64,000 bases of DNA from a virus (IMGVR_UViG_2667528183_000003:1-64000), one strand, 5' to 3'; positions 8,304-17,732 are shown, counted from the first letter of the stretch. The notes: generated from the sequence alone by a model not told the origin. Translations and numbers: made by a program.

Positions 8304-8786
8304 ATGCGTTCAATTCTGCTTTGGCTATTTGTGATTTTCAGTACTCAGTCTTTTGCCGCTGATCTTGGGAATTATGATCATTTGATAGATGGTCTATCTG
8401 ATTATCAATTTGATATGCGTCCGGCAGCACCTGGTAGAACCCCTGGTCTGGTGGGAAAGCAAAGGATGATGGGGATGACCAAGGATGAGAAGCCCCCATC
8501 AATGCTTGAAGTAATCGGGGTAAATCTGAATCGAGCTGTTGAAAAGGTAACCTTGGACGTTTCTGTCACTGACGTGGAGAAGCAGCAAAGGAAGAGAGCG
8601 AAGTTAATCAAAGCTTTTGTTGACCTGCTCTTGCCGGAAGTACCGAACCGTAAAGACTTGATCGTGCAGGCCATGGAGGCCGCCGTTCCTGACAAGACAG
8701 TAACGATGAATTTAGGAGAAAAACGACTTACTGTCCGACGCAGCATTACCACTAACAGCTTTGTCTTCACCATTGAATCAACTTGA
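8304..8786 (+). CDS. Exported protein of unknown function (moron)
   Basis: Signal peptide MRSILLWLFVIFSTQSFA; visibly AT-richer than its neighbours; AAGGA SD. Confidence 0.7.
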   Translation: MRSILLWLFVIFSTQSFAADLGNYDHLIDGLSDYQFDMRPAAPGRTPGLVGKQRMMGMTKDEKPPSMLEVIGVNLNRAVEKVTLDVSVTDVEKQQRKRAKLIKAFVDLLLPEVPNRKDLIVQAMEAAVPDKTVTMNLGEKRLTVRRSITTNSFVFTIEST

Positions 8787-8823
8787 TTGTATCTAGTTAC
8801 ACACCTCTCACTGAGCAAGCTTA

Positions 8824-8874
8824 AAAACCTTAAGCCGCCCTGAAATTACAACTTTCCGCTTCTTGCGCGAACCT
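8824..8874 (+). promoter_or_regulatory. Putative Mor/C-activated late promoter (Plys-like)
   Basis: AAAACCTTAAGCCGCCCTGAAATTAC box also found at 17733 and 28773; weak -10 at the same offset. Confidence 0.7.
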
Positions 8875-8906
8875 GACCCCGTTATCCCCGACGGCAGGTT
8901 CGCACC

Positions 8907-9254
8907 ATGCGTTCAAATCCCGCTCCACCCAAAGTCTCACGGCCTCAATGGCCGCGCCAACATGCGCAGCTCATTCTTGCGGCTGGGAGTAACAACGCCC
9001 GTGCGGTGTTGTGGGCCAAGGTGCCAGCCGACTGGCTACCCATGGTCCAGGCGCATGTAGAGCAGGGCGAAGAGCGCATCCGACAAGCAGTCAGCCAGCG
9101 AGAGAAGTTACGCCCCGCTGTAAGAACACACTCTGCACAGACCTTTGCCGACTACCGCGAGCCTGCTCGCGTGATCGGTAATCCCGTTGTCGCCGCGCAA
9201 CATCTGGCCGCTTTACGGGCATCCATCCATCACCCACCGCGAGTAACCCAATGA
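8907..9254 (+). CDS. Hypothetical protein, first late gene
   Basis: 115 aa; ATGA overlap with the holin. Confidence 0.6.
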   Translation: MRSNPAPPKVSRPQWPRQHAQLILAAGSNNARAVLWAKVPADWLPMVQAHVEQGEERIRQAVSQREKLRPAVRTHSAQTFADYREPARVIGNPVVAAQHLAALRASIHHPPRVTQ

Positions 9255-9544
9255 CTCTTCCACTGCCGAAGCGGCGCCCGCGTGCGCCACGTATGACCGA
9301 CTGGACGTTGATCACCATCGCCTTGCTGTTCTGCCTGGCCATCGTCGCCCCGACCAAGCTGCCGGTTGTCCTCTACAAATGCGGCCTGGTCACCCTGGGC
9401 GGCGTCCTGGGCTACTGGATTGACCGAGCATTGTTTCCCTACGCTCGGCCGAACCAGGTCCGCCGCTATGAACGCTCCATGGCCGGTGTCCGTCGTGCCC
9501 TGGTCGTGCTGGCTTGTGTGCTCGGCCTGACGCTGGGGCTCTGA
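9251..9544 (+). CDS. Holin
   Basis: 97 aa with three hydrophobic segments; GYWIDRALFPYARP motif; precedes the endolysin. Confidence 0.8.
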   Translation: MTLPLPKRRPRAPRMTDWTLITIALLFCLAIVAPTKLPVVLYKCGLVTLGGVLGYWIDRALFPYARPNQVRRYERSMAGVRRALVVLACVLGLTLGL

Positions 9545-9546
9545 CG

Positions 9547-10170
9547 ATGCGGAAAATCCTTCTATATATAGGTGCTGCATCGCTGGCTGGGCTCACCGCC
9601 TGCGCTCCTGCGCATGCCGAGATTCCAGCTCAGGCCGAACGCTACCGCCGTGACCTGACCCGTATCGCCCAGGCCGAGTGGGGCCTGGATGCTCCGGTGG
9701 CAACCTTCGCCGCTCAGATCCACCAGGAAAGCCGCTGGCGCTTCGATGCGAAATCTCCGGTCGGTGCGCAAGGCTTGGGCCAAGTGATGCCCTCGACCGC
9801 GACCTGGCTCGCCCAGACCTTCCCCAAGGCCCTTGGCAAGGTCGAGCCTTACAACCCGGTTTGGTCGATGCAGGCACTTGTCAGCTATGACCGTTGGCTG
9901 GCAAACCGCATTCAGGCCAGCAGCACCTGTGAACAGGCTGCGATGATTCTGTCGTCGTACAACGGCGGGCTGGGCTGGGTCATCCGTGACCGCAAGTTGG
10001 CATCGGCAAAGGGCGCCGATCCGCTGACCTGGTTCGATTCAGTCGAGCACCACAACGCTGGTCGCTCGGCTGCCAACTTCCGGGAAAACCGCAATTACCC
10101 GCGCTTCATTCTCTGGCATTGGGAGCCCCTGTATGTCGATGCAGGCTGGGGCAAGGGGCTTTGCCGATGA
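9547..10170 (+). CDS. SLT-family lytic transglycosylase endolysin with N-terminal export signal
   Basis: QIHQES, SPVGAQGLGQVMP and SYNGG motifs. Confidence 0.9.
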   Translation: MRKILLYIGAASLAGLTACAPAHAEIPAQAERYRRDLTRIAQAEWGLDAPVATFAAQIHQESRWRFDAKSPVGAQGLGQVMPSTATWLAQTFPKALGKVEPYNPVWSMQALVSYDRWLANRIQASSTCEQAAMILSSYNGGLGWVIRDRKLASAKGADPLTWFDSVEHHNAGRSAANFRENRNYPRFILWHWEPLYVDAGWGKGLCR

Positions 10171-10802
10171 AAAGCCTACTCGGCTTCATCACTCCAGCGA
10201 CTTGGTATGTGGCCGTCATCGCGGCTGTTGTATTGGGTCTGCACCTCAACTGGCAGGACGGTTACAGCGAAGGCCTTGCGAAAGCACAAGCTGAAGGTCA
10301 GACCGCTATTACCAACCTGCGCCTGGAGTATTCCGAAGAACAGCGGCGCATTGCAGACGCGACCAGCGAGACGCTGAAACAGGCGAACGAAAAACTGAGG
10401 GCCGAACAAGAGCGAGGCAGCTTGCTTGTCACTCAGTTGGCCGACGCCAAAGAGGCCTTTCGTAAAAACACCGACACGCTAAACGGAGAGATTGCTCGTG
10501 TTACGACCCTATACCGCCGCACGCTCAAGTCAGCACCTGAGCCGTTGCCTGCTGCTGTGTTCACTGCTGGTTTTGTCCGCGTGTGGAACACAGCCAACGG
10601 CATCAGCGCCTCAGTGCCTTCCCAGCAAGCCGCCAGCGGAGCTGCTGCGCCGACCGACGGAGCCGGAGCCGCTGACAGCCTCGACTCGGGCGTCACCCAG
10701 GCACTTGTCCTGGGCAACCAGGTCCGCAATGGCGAGTTGCACAGCACCTGCCGGGCTCAACTCAACCGCCTAATTGACTGGACCCTTAATGCAAGCAACT
10801 GA
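10167..10802 (+). CDS. i-spanin (Rz-like)
   Basis: N-terminal TM segment and coiled coil; follows the endolysin. Confidence 0.75.
   Translation: MKSLLGFITPATWYVAVIAAVVLGLHLNWQDGYSEGLAKAQAEGQTAITNLRLEYSEEQRRIADATSETLKQANEKLRAEQERGSLLVTQLADAKEAFRKNTDTLNGEIARVTTLYRRTLKSAPEPLPAAVFTAGFVRVWNTANGISASVPSQQAASGAAAPTDGAGAADSLDSGVTQALVLGNQVRNGELHSTCRAQLNRLIDWTLNASN
10492..10773 (+). CDS. Embedded o-spanin lipoprotein (Rz1-like); start uncertain
   Basis: Alternate frame inside Rz; LLLCSLLVLSAC lipobox; Pro-rich mature part. Confidence 0.65.
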   Translation: MLVLRPYTAARSSQHLSRCLLLCSLLVLSACGTQPTASAPQCLPSKPPAELLRRPTEPEPLTASTRASPRHLSWATRSAMASCTAPAGLNSTA

Positions 10803-11007
10803 CTTTGCCAGCCTCCTGGAGGCGAAGCACAACGAAACGTCTCTGGTGGCACATTTTGCACAACGTGAAGTATTGACCGGCCCTTCGGCCGAGTTTTGCA
10901 CAGGCGAGGATTGCGACATGCCAATCCCTGAAGAGCGCCGCTTGGCCTTACCTGGTGTGCAGCTTTGCGCTCAATGCCAAACACATCGCGAAAAACGGAG
11001 ACGCTGA
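10789..11007 (+). CDS. TraR/DksA-type C4 zinc-finger protein
   Basis: C-x4-C...PIPEERRLALPGVQLCAQCQ. Confidence 0.85.
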   Translation: MQATDFASLLEAKHNETSLVAHFAQREVLTGPSAEFCTGEDCDMPIPEERRLALPGVQLCAQCQTHREKRRR

Positions 11008-11318
11008 TGACGACGATTGAAATGCCTGCGTGGCAGTTGGTGAGCATCGCGGTCACCATCCTGGGCGCCTTCGCCGGACTAGTTAAGGTCATGGTCATGC
11101 AGATGGAGCGCCGTCTCGATCAGCGCTTTGCAATCACGGACAAGGACAGCGAGCGCCTGAGGACATTGGAGATTTCCTTTGAACGGCTGCGGGGAGACAT
11201 GCCAGTGCACTACGTGCGCCGGGAGGACTACGTGCGCGGCCAAACCGTGATTGAGGCCAAGCTCGATGCCTTGGCGCTCAAGCTGGAAACCGTCCAACTT
11301 AAAGGATTGAATCAATGA
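11007..11318 (+). CDS. Membrane-anchored coiled-coil protein (Mu gp25 position)
   Basis: N-terminal TM; YVRREDY motif; TGATG coupling. Confidence 0.65.
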   Translation: MTTIEMPAWQLVSIAVTILGAFAGLVKVMVMQMERRLDQRFAITDKDSERLRTLEISFERLRGDMPVHYVRREDYVRGQTVIEAKLDALALKLETVQLKGLNQ

Positions 11319-11626
11319 ACATTGACGCTGCAAAGACGCGCCGGGAGTCCCTGCGCTGGTACATCATCAAGACCCTGGACACCTCACGCCCGATTGATCC
11401 GCATGAAGCGGTGGTGCTGGCGACCATTCAGGGTATCTATCCAGACTCCACCACCATTGAACTTCGGCGCGAACTCGACTACCTGGCTGACCGCAGCCTG
11501 GTGACGTTGAACAAGCAACCTAACGGCGTGTGGATCTGCGGCTTGACCTACTACGGCGTCGACCTCGCCGAGTACACCATCCCATGCGACCCCGGCATTG
11601 CCCGCCCAGAAAAATACTGGAGCTGA
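11315..11626 (+). CDS. Mu gp26-like protein
   Basis: RRESLRWYII...ELRRELDYLADRSLV...PGIARP; precedes the small terminase. Confidence 0.7.
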   Translation: MNIDAAKTRRESLRWYIIKTLDTSRPIDPHEAVVLATIQGIYPDSTTIELRRELDYLADRSLVTLNKQPNGVWICGLTYYGVDLAEYTIPCDPGIARPEKYWS

Positions 11627-11629
11627 CCC

Positions 11630-12157
11630 ATGCCACCACGCAGCAAAGTCGCCAGTCTGCCCAAGGAGGTCAAGACCTGGCTCGATAAGGCCCTGGCCGA
11701 TAACGGTTTCAGCGAGTACGAAACCCTCGCCGCTGAGCTATTGGCACGCGGCTTTTCGATCAGTCGGTCATCGCTCCAGCGGTACGGCCAGGACTTTGAG
11801 TCCAAACTCTCGGCCTTGAAGATGGCGAGCGAGCAGGCGCGCGCCGTGGTTGCTGCTGCACCGGACGAAGAAGGAGCGGTCAACGAGGCCCTTATGCGTT
11901 TGGTCCAGGAACACCTGTTCAAGGTACTGATGGCCGGTGCAGACCCCGAAGGGAAAAACAAGTTTGACCTGCCAAAGGTGGCCAAGGCTGTAGCTGAGCT
12001 GGGCAAAGCATCGGTGGTTCAGAAGAAGTGGCAAGCCGAGTGGCGAGAAAAAACAGAGGCAGCCGCAGCGCGTGTCGAGAAGATCGCTAAGAAAGGTGGC
12101 CTGACGGCAGAAACTGTTGACGAGATCCGCCGCGAGATCTTGGGGATGGCCTCATGA
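11630..12157 (+). CDS. Terminase small subunit (Mu gp27/DUF3486-like)
   Basis: MPPRSKVASLP...ISRSSLQRYG...IRREILG. Confidence 0.85.
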   Translation: MPPRSKVASLPKEVKTWLDKALADNGFSEYETLAAELLARGFSISRSSLQRYGQDFESKLSALKMASEQARAVVAAAPDEEGAVNEALMRLVQEHLFKVLMAGADPEGKNKFDLPKVAKAVAELGKASVVQKKWQAEWREKTEAAAARVEKIAKKGGLTAETVDEIRREILGMAS

Positions 12158-12456
12158 ACTACTTCTTTGCCCTGATGATTTGCTTCGCCATGACCGGGTT
12201 ATCAGCCAATGAAGAGAACGCTCGTTGGCTGCTGATATGCGATCTCAATGTGGCACTTTATTTGGCACTGGCGTGGTTTCTTGACCTCTACAAGAAGCGC
12301 CGTAGCAAGGGCCTTCAGCAGTACGTCAATGTCATTGAAGTGCAATGTGATCATGCTGAACAGCTGCTGCGTGAAGTATGCCGTCATCCAGATACGCCGG
12401 ACGGCCTGCGTGCAGAGATTCGTCAGGCTCTGAAACCTGCACCGAGGCACCCATGA
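12154..12456 (+). CDS. Hypothetical membrane protein between the terminase subunits
   Basis: ATGA overlaps at both ends; two hydrophobic segments. Confidence 0.6.
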   Translation: MNYFFALMICFAMTGLSANEENARWLLICDLNVALYLALAWFLDLYKKRRSKGLQQYVNVIEVQCDHAEQLLREVCRHPDTPDGLRAEIRQALKPAPRHP

Positions 12457-14015
12457 GCAGCCGCCGCCCCCCTTTGGTACTGGACAACACGGCGAGCAAC
12501 AGTGCGCCGCCAGTCCTGCTCGACTATCAGAAAGAATGGATTGGCATCCGCGCCCCGCTCAAGGTCGGCGAGAAGTCTCGCCGTATTGGCCTGACCTGGG
12601 CGGAAGCGGCAGACAACGTCTTGGTTGCCGCAGCGGAAAAGCCAGCCGGTGGCCAGACTGTGTATTACCTGGGCTACAACCAGGACATGACGGTCGAGTA
12701 CATCCAGGCCTGCGCCATGTGGTCGCGTGCATTCAACTACGCGGCTGGGGAGATCGAGGAAGGTATCTGGCCGGACAGCGACCCTGACAAGAACATCAAG
12801 ACTTACACCATTGTCTTTCCCAGCGGGCACCGCATCGTGGCGCTGACCAGCCGACCGTCCAACCTGCGGGGCCGACAAGGTGTCGTCGTGATCGATGAAG
12901 CGGCGTTCCACCAGGACTTGGCCGAGCTGCTGAAAGCTGCTCTGGCGCTGCTGATCTGGGGCGGTGAAGTGCATGTCATCAGCACCCATGACGGTACGGA
13001 AAACGCCTTCAATGAGCTGATCAATGATATTCGTGCCGGTAAGCGCAAGGGTGAGCTGTTCCGTTGTGAGTTCCGAGATGCCGTGGCGGATGGCCTTTAC
13101 CAGCGGGTCTGTCTGAGAAAGGGCATCGAGTACAAGGCCGAGGAAGAAGCGGCCTGGGTCCAGGACGTGTACGACTTCTACGGTGATGCTGCCGAGGAAG
13201 AGCTTGATTGCGTGCCGTCCCAGGGCGGCGGAGCCTTTCTGAGCTTGGCCCTGGTTGAGCAGCGCAGCAACCGCGAGGTGCCGGTGCTGCGCCTGGCCTA
13301 TCCGCAGGGCTACGAGACCATCGCTGAACACCTGCGCCTGGCCGAGTCCCTGGAGTGGTGCGAAGAACACTTGCTCCCGCTGCTGTCGGCTATTCCATTG
13401 GACGTCCAGAGCTTCTATGGCATGGACTTCGGGCGAACCGGCGACCTTTCGGTCATTTGGCCGCTGATCAAGGAGCAAAACTTACGCAAGCGCACACCCT
13501 TTGTGGTCGAGCTGCGCAACGTCCCGTTTAAGCAACAGGCGCAGATCAAGTTCTACATCCTTCGGCGCCTGCCCAACTTCCTCAAGGGGGCCGATGATGC
13601 CAGGGGCAACGGTTCGCAACTGTCGGAAGACACGGCCGTCGAGTTCGGTTTTAACCGTATCGAACGGGTGATGCTGACGGAGGGCTGGTATCGCGACAAC
13701 ATGCCGCCGTTCAAGGCCGCCCTGGAAGACGACACCTTCTGTGACATCCCGGCCGATAAGGACGTGGTCAGCGACGTGCGCGCCTTTCGGATGGTTAAGG
13801 GCGTGGCCCGCATCCCGGAAAAGCGCACCAACGAAAAGGGCGAGAAGTCCGGCCCCAAGCGCCATGGCGACGCTGGTATTGCCGCTGTGCTGGCCGACTA
13901 CGCCTCTCGACAAGAAATCGAGATCATCGAATATCACCGCGTCCGGCCCGCCGCACAGCATGACCGCGAAATCAAGCTAGGCGCTGGCTGGCGTTCTCAG
14001 AAAGGCATTTGGTAA
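12453..14015 (+). CDS. Terminase large subunit (Mu gp28-like)
   Basis: KSRRIGLTW, VVIDEAAF, GMDFGR and HGD motifs. Confidence 0.92.
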   Translation: MSSRRPPLVLDNTASNSAPPVLLDYQKEWIGIRAPLKVGEKSRRIGLTWAEAADNVLVAAAEKPAGGQTVYYLGYNQDMTVEYIQACAMWSRAFNYAAGEIEEGIWPDSDPDKNIKTYTIVFPSGHRIVALTSRPSNLRGRQGVVVIDEAAFHQDLAELLKAALALLIWGGEVHVISTHDGTENAFNELINDIRAGKRKGELFRCEFRDAVADGLYQRVCLRKGIEYKAEEEAAWVQDVYDFYGDAAEEELDCVPSQGGGAFLSLALVEQRSNREVPVLRLAYPQGYETIAEHLRLAESLEWCEEHLLPLLSAIPLDVQSFYGMDFGRTGDLSVIWPLIKEQNLRKRTPFVVELRNVPFKQQAQIKFYILRRLPNFLKGADDARGNGSQLSEDTAVEFGFNRIERVMLTEGWYRDNMPPFKAALEDDTFCDIPADKDVVSDVRAFRMVKGVARIPEKRTNEKGEKSGPKRHGDAGIAAVLADYASRQEIEIIEYHRVRPAAQHDREIKLGAGWRSQKGIW

Positions 14016-15571
14016 TGGCTCAGTCCAAAATCGTCGACCAGTACGGTCGCCCCATTCAATACGACAAGCTCACCGAAGAGCTGGCCGCTGCGCGCACCAC
14101 CGGCATTCGCCAGGTCTGGCACCCGTCGGTGGCCAGCGGCCTCACACCTGGTCGGCTTGCGAGCATCCTGCAAGCCGCTACCGAAGGCTCGGCCCATGCC
14201 TACTTGACCCTTGCCGAAGAAATGGAAGAGCGCGACCTGCATTACGCTTCAGTGCTAGGCACCCGCAAGCTGGCTGTGTCTGGTTTGTCGGTGCGGATCG
14301 AGGCTGCCAGCGATGATGCCGAGGACGTGCGCCGAGCGGACCAGCTCAAGGAGGTTGTCGATTCGCCGGAGTTCGGCGAGCTGCAAGCCGACCTGACAGA
14401 CGCCATGGGCAAGGGTTATGCCGTCAGCGAAATCATGTGGGACCGTAGCGGCAAGACCTGGAACCCGTCGCGCTTCGAACCCCGCGACCAGCGCTTCTTC
14501 CAGTTTGATCGAGACACCGGCCGGGAACTGCGCCTGCTCGATGAGGCCGACCCAATCAACGGCGTTGCATTGGCGCCCTATAAGTTCATCGTCCACCTGC
14601 CGCGTATTCGCTCCGGGCTGCCGATCCGTGGCGGCTTGGCGCGACTCGCTGCCGTGGGCTACATGTGCAAAGCCTGGACCTGGAAAGACTGGATGGGCTT
14701 TGCCGACATCTTCGGTATGCCTATGCGCGTGGGGCGGTACGGGCCTGGTGCCAGTAAGGAAGACATTGCCACCTTGATGTCGGCGGTGGCCAACCTGGGC
14801 AGCGATGCGGCGGCGGTGATCCCGGACAGCATGCGTATCGACTTCACCCAGGCGGCCAATGTGACGGGTGCAGGGGACTTCTTTAAAGGCCTGGCCGAGT
14901 GGTGGGATAAGCAGGTCAGCAAGGCTGTAGTCGGTCAAACCATGTCTGCCGATGACGGCTCAAGCATGGCCCAGGCGGTCATTCACAACGAAGTTCGCCT
15001 GGATCTGCTGGGCGCCGATGCTAAGGCAGAGTCCAATACTCTGAACCGGTGTTTTGTACGGCCCTGGTGTGATTTGAACTTTGCACCTGGTCGACGTTAC
15101 CCGCGATTGATAATCGACGTACCGCAGCCGGAAAACACCAAGCTGTTGATCGAGGCACTAAAGGAGCTGGTGCCACTGGGGCTGCGTGTCGAGCAGTCAG
15201 TTATCCGGGATAAGCTGAATCTGCCAGCACCCGCCGAGGGCGCCGAGCTGCTGGGCGTTCCGGCGCCGGTTCCTACTCCAGTCATGGCGCAGGCCACCAA
15301 CAGCGAGCAGGCACCGGCCCGCCCGACTGTTACTCGGGACATTGTTGATAACCAGGTAATGACATTGGAAGCGGCAACAGGGGCGCCCATCGACGACATG
15401 GTCGATCAGATCAAGGAATTGCTCGACTCAGTCAGTAGCCTGGAAGAGTTCCGGGATCGCTTGATTGAAGCCTATCCGGCGATGAACTCCACTCAGTTGG
15501 CGGATGCGATTGCCGATGGCTTGACGGCTGCCAGCCTGGCGGGGCGCGATGATATTTTGAGGGGGCTTTAA
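14015..15571 (+). CDS. Portal protein (Mu gp29/DUF935)
   Basis: EMEERD, FGMPMRVGRY and SKAVVGQT motifs; position after the terminase. Confidence 0.9.
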   Translation: MAQSKIVDQYGRPIQYDKLTEELAAARTTGIRQVWHPSVASGLTPGRLASILQAATEGSAHAYLTLAEEMEERDLHYASVLGTRKLAVSGLSVRIEAASDDAEDVRRADQLKEVVDSPEFGELQADLTDAMGKGYAVSEIMWDRSGKTWNPSRFEPRDQRFFQFDRDTGRELRLLDEADPINGVALAPYKFIVHLPRIRSGLPIRGGLARLAAVGYMCKAWTWKDWMGFADIFGMPMRVGRYGPGASKEDIATLMSAVANLGSDAAAVIPDSMRIDFTQAANVTGAGDFFKGLAEWWDKQVSKAVVGQTMSADDGSSMAQAVIHNEVRLDLLGADAKAESNTLNRCFVRPWCDLNFAPGRRYPRLIIDVPQPENTKLLIEALKELVPLGLRVEQSVIRDKLNLPAPAEGAELLGVPAPVPTPVMAQATNSEQAPARPTVTRDIVDNQVMTLEAATGAPIDDMVDQIKELLDSVSSLEEFRDRLIEAYPAMNSTQLADAIADGLTAASLAGRDDILRGL

Positions 15572-15573
15572 AC

Positions 15574-15780
15574 ATGAAAGGCACAACTGAGGACTCATTC
15601 ACCACCAGGAAGCGGCTGTCATACACCAGCAGCGACGGAATGTACCTGATGGTCGATAGTGAGCGTGACGCATCAGTTAGGCTGCTTGTCGGTCATGAAG
15701 AGGGCGAAGTCGCTGTAATGTTGAATAAGGCCGAAGCTGAAGAGCTGGCGCGATTCATCCTGGCTGGAGTTGCGCGTTAA
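15574..15780 (+). CDS. Small hypothetical protein between portal and gpF
   Basis: 68 aa; TAATG coupling to gpF. Confidence 0.55.
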   Translation: MKGTTEDSFTTRKRLSYTSSDGMYLMVDSERDASVRLLVGHEEGEVAVMLNKAEAEELARFILAGVAR

Positions 15781-17048
15781 TGGCTGTCTCCCATGGCTCG
15801 CTCCCGTTCAATGAGCAGATCGACTACTTCCGTAGCAAGGTCAACCTGCCGACCAACACCTGGTCCGACGTTTATGGTGCCGAGCATGACTATGCCTTTG
15901 TTGTGGCAGGTGCTGTAAAGCGGGATCTGCTGGCCGACCTGCGCGGTGCTGTCGAGAAGTCTATTGCCCAGGGCACCACCCTGGAACAGTTCCGCAAGGA
16001 CTTTGACCAGGTCGTGGGGAAACATGGCTGGCAGTACAACGGCGAGCGTGGCTGGCGTACCAATGTCATTTGGGAAACCAACCTACGCCAGTCGTACAAC
16101 GCCGGGCGCGAAGAGCAAATGGCCGACCCGGAGCTACGCAAGCGCCGCCCCTATGCAGTCTATCGTCATGGCGATAGCGCCCATCCACGGCCAATGCACC
16201 TGTCTTGGAACGGCATCACATTGCCGCTCGATGATCCGTGGTGGGCAACTCACACCCCGCAAAATGGTTGGGGCTGCAAGTGCAAGAAGTTCATGTTGTC
16301 AGCAAGGGACGTTGAGCGCCAAGGATTGACCATCGGTCCGGCGCCGGTCACTGAGTGGGAAGATCGGGTTATCGGCAAAAACAGCCCCAACGGCCCACGC
16401 ACGGTCCGCGTGCCGAAAGGGATCGACCCAGGCTTCGAGCATGCACCAGGTCGCTCCCGCCTGTCTGACGCTGTACCGCAGCTGCGTACCCGTGACCCCA
16501 TCACTGCACCAGGCACACCAGCGAAGCCGGAACCTGCGGCCATGCTTCCCAAGAGCAGACCGACAGGGCCACTGCCTGCGCCCAGGGCGATTCCGGCAAA
16601 GGCTTTGCTCCCAGCCAAAGTACCTGCGCCGCAAGCTGTGGCTAAGCTCTTGGGTGAGTTTGGGGCCAGTGATGCTGCACCTGCGGTGTTTCGTGATGTG
16701 ACGGGTGATGCCATGGTCATTGGGCGCGAGATGTTCAGCGATGCCAAAACCAGCGCAATACAGCTGGCCACGCAGATCAAGGCCCGTGAGTTGCCCCTCC
16801 TGGCTACCGCCATCAAGACGCCGGACGAAATATGGGCGCACCTGGTGTGGCAGCCGGACCAGGGCAAGGCCGTCCTGCGCCGTCGCTACCTGGCGCACTT
16901 TGAAGTGAAGGGTCAGGCGATGCCAGCCGTTGCCGTGTTCGATCTGGGCGCCGATGGCTGGGATGCCGTCACAGGCTTTGTCGAAGACAGCGAGCAGTAC
17001 CTGGAGGCTTTGCGCCTTGGTGTTCTGCTTTACCGTCGACCGGAATAG
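15780..17048 (+). CDS. Mu gpF/gp30 head morphogenesis protein with C-terminal extension (PBECR-like fold)
   Basis: HPRPMH and PQNGWGCKC MuF motifs; Pro-rich linker; then AIKTPDEIW...LRRRY domain. Confidence 0.85.
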   Translation: MAVSHGSLPFNEQIDYFRSKVNLPTNTWSDVYGAEHDYAFVVAGAVKRDLLADLRGAVEKSIAQGTTLEQFRKDFDQVVGKHGWQYNGERGWRTNVIWETNLRQSYNAGREEQMADPELRKRRPYAVYRHGDSAHPRPMHLSWNGITLPLDDPWWATHTPQNGWGCKCKKFMLSARDVERQGLTIGPAPVTEWEDRVIGKNSPNGPRTVRVPKGIDPGFEHAPGRSRLSDAVPQLRTRDPITAPGTPAKPEPAAMLPKSRPTGPLPAPRAIPAKALLPAKVPAPQAVAKLLGEFGASDAAPAVFRDVTGDAMVIGREMFSDAKTSAIQLATQIKARELPLLATAIKTPDEIWAHLVWQPDQGKAVLRRRYLAHFEVKGQAMPAVAVFDLGADGWDAVTGFVEDSEQYLEALRLGVLLYRRPE

Positions 17049-17056
17049 GAGCCCTC

Positions 17057-17539
17057 ATGGCTGGTGCAATGCTTGATGTCAACATCGACCTAGACCTGGT
17101 GAGCAAGGCCCTAGAAGAACTGGCCGAACGCATCGGCGACTTGACGACGCCCTTCAACGACATAGCCGAGTACCTTCACCAGTCGACCGATGATCGCTTT
17201 CGGCAGAAGGTAGCGCCGGATGGTTCGCCCTGGGCGCCGCTGTCGGCTGTCACCCTGGCCAGGAAGAAAGGCCCTGGTATCCTGCGCGAGAAAGGGACGC
17301 TCCAGGACACGATGCGTCATCAGGCCAGCAGCACCGAGCTAGCTTTTGGTACAGATCGTCCCTATGGCGCAGTGCATCAGTTCGGGCAGCGTAAAGGCGC
17401 CTCGGGCAGTACGGGTAAAGGCAGCCCCATCCCATGGGGAGACATACCGGCGCGCCCCTATCTGGGGTTGTCTGCCGAGGATGAAACGGAAGTCCTATTG
17501 ATCATCCACGACTACCTAATGGAACCGGTGGCGGGCTGA
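17057..17539 (+). CDS. Virion morphogenesis protein (Mu gpG-like)
   Basis: PDGSPWAPLS, YGAVHQFG and IPARPYLG motifs. Confidence 0.9.
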   Translation: MAGAMLDVNIDLDLVSKALEELAERIGDLTTPFNDIAEYLHQSTDDRFRQKVAPDGSPWAPLSAVTLARKKGPGILREKGTLQDTMRHQASSTELAFGTDRPYGAVHQFGQRKGASGSTGKGSPIPWGDIPARPYLGLSAEDETEVLLIIHDYLMEPVAG

Positions 17540-17732
17540 CTGCGCAGGATCGCCTAGGCGGCGCGTATTGGGATTGGCGGTACACACGTTGCCAGACTAT
17601 CGCTTTAACAGCGTTAGACATGCGTTAGATTCGGCCAGAGCGCTATTTACTCCGCGTTCGCGAGACCCGCCCACCGCCATTCTTCAAATATGGAGCGGGT
17701 TCCGGGTTGCCCCTCGCCCGCAACACCTCGCC

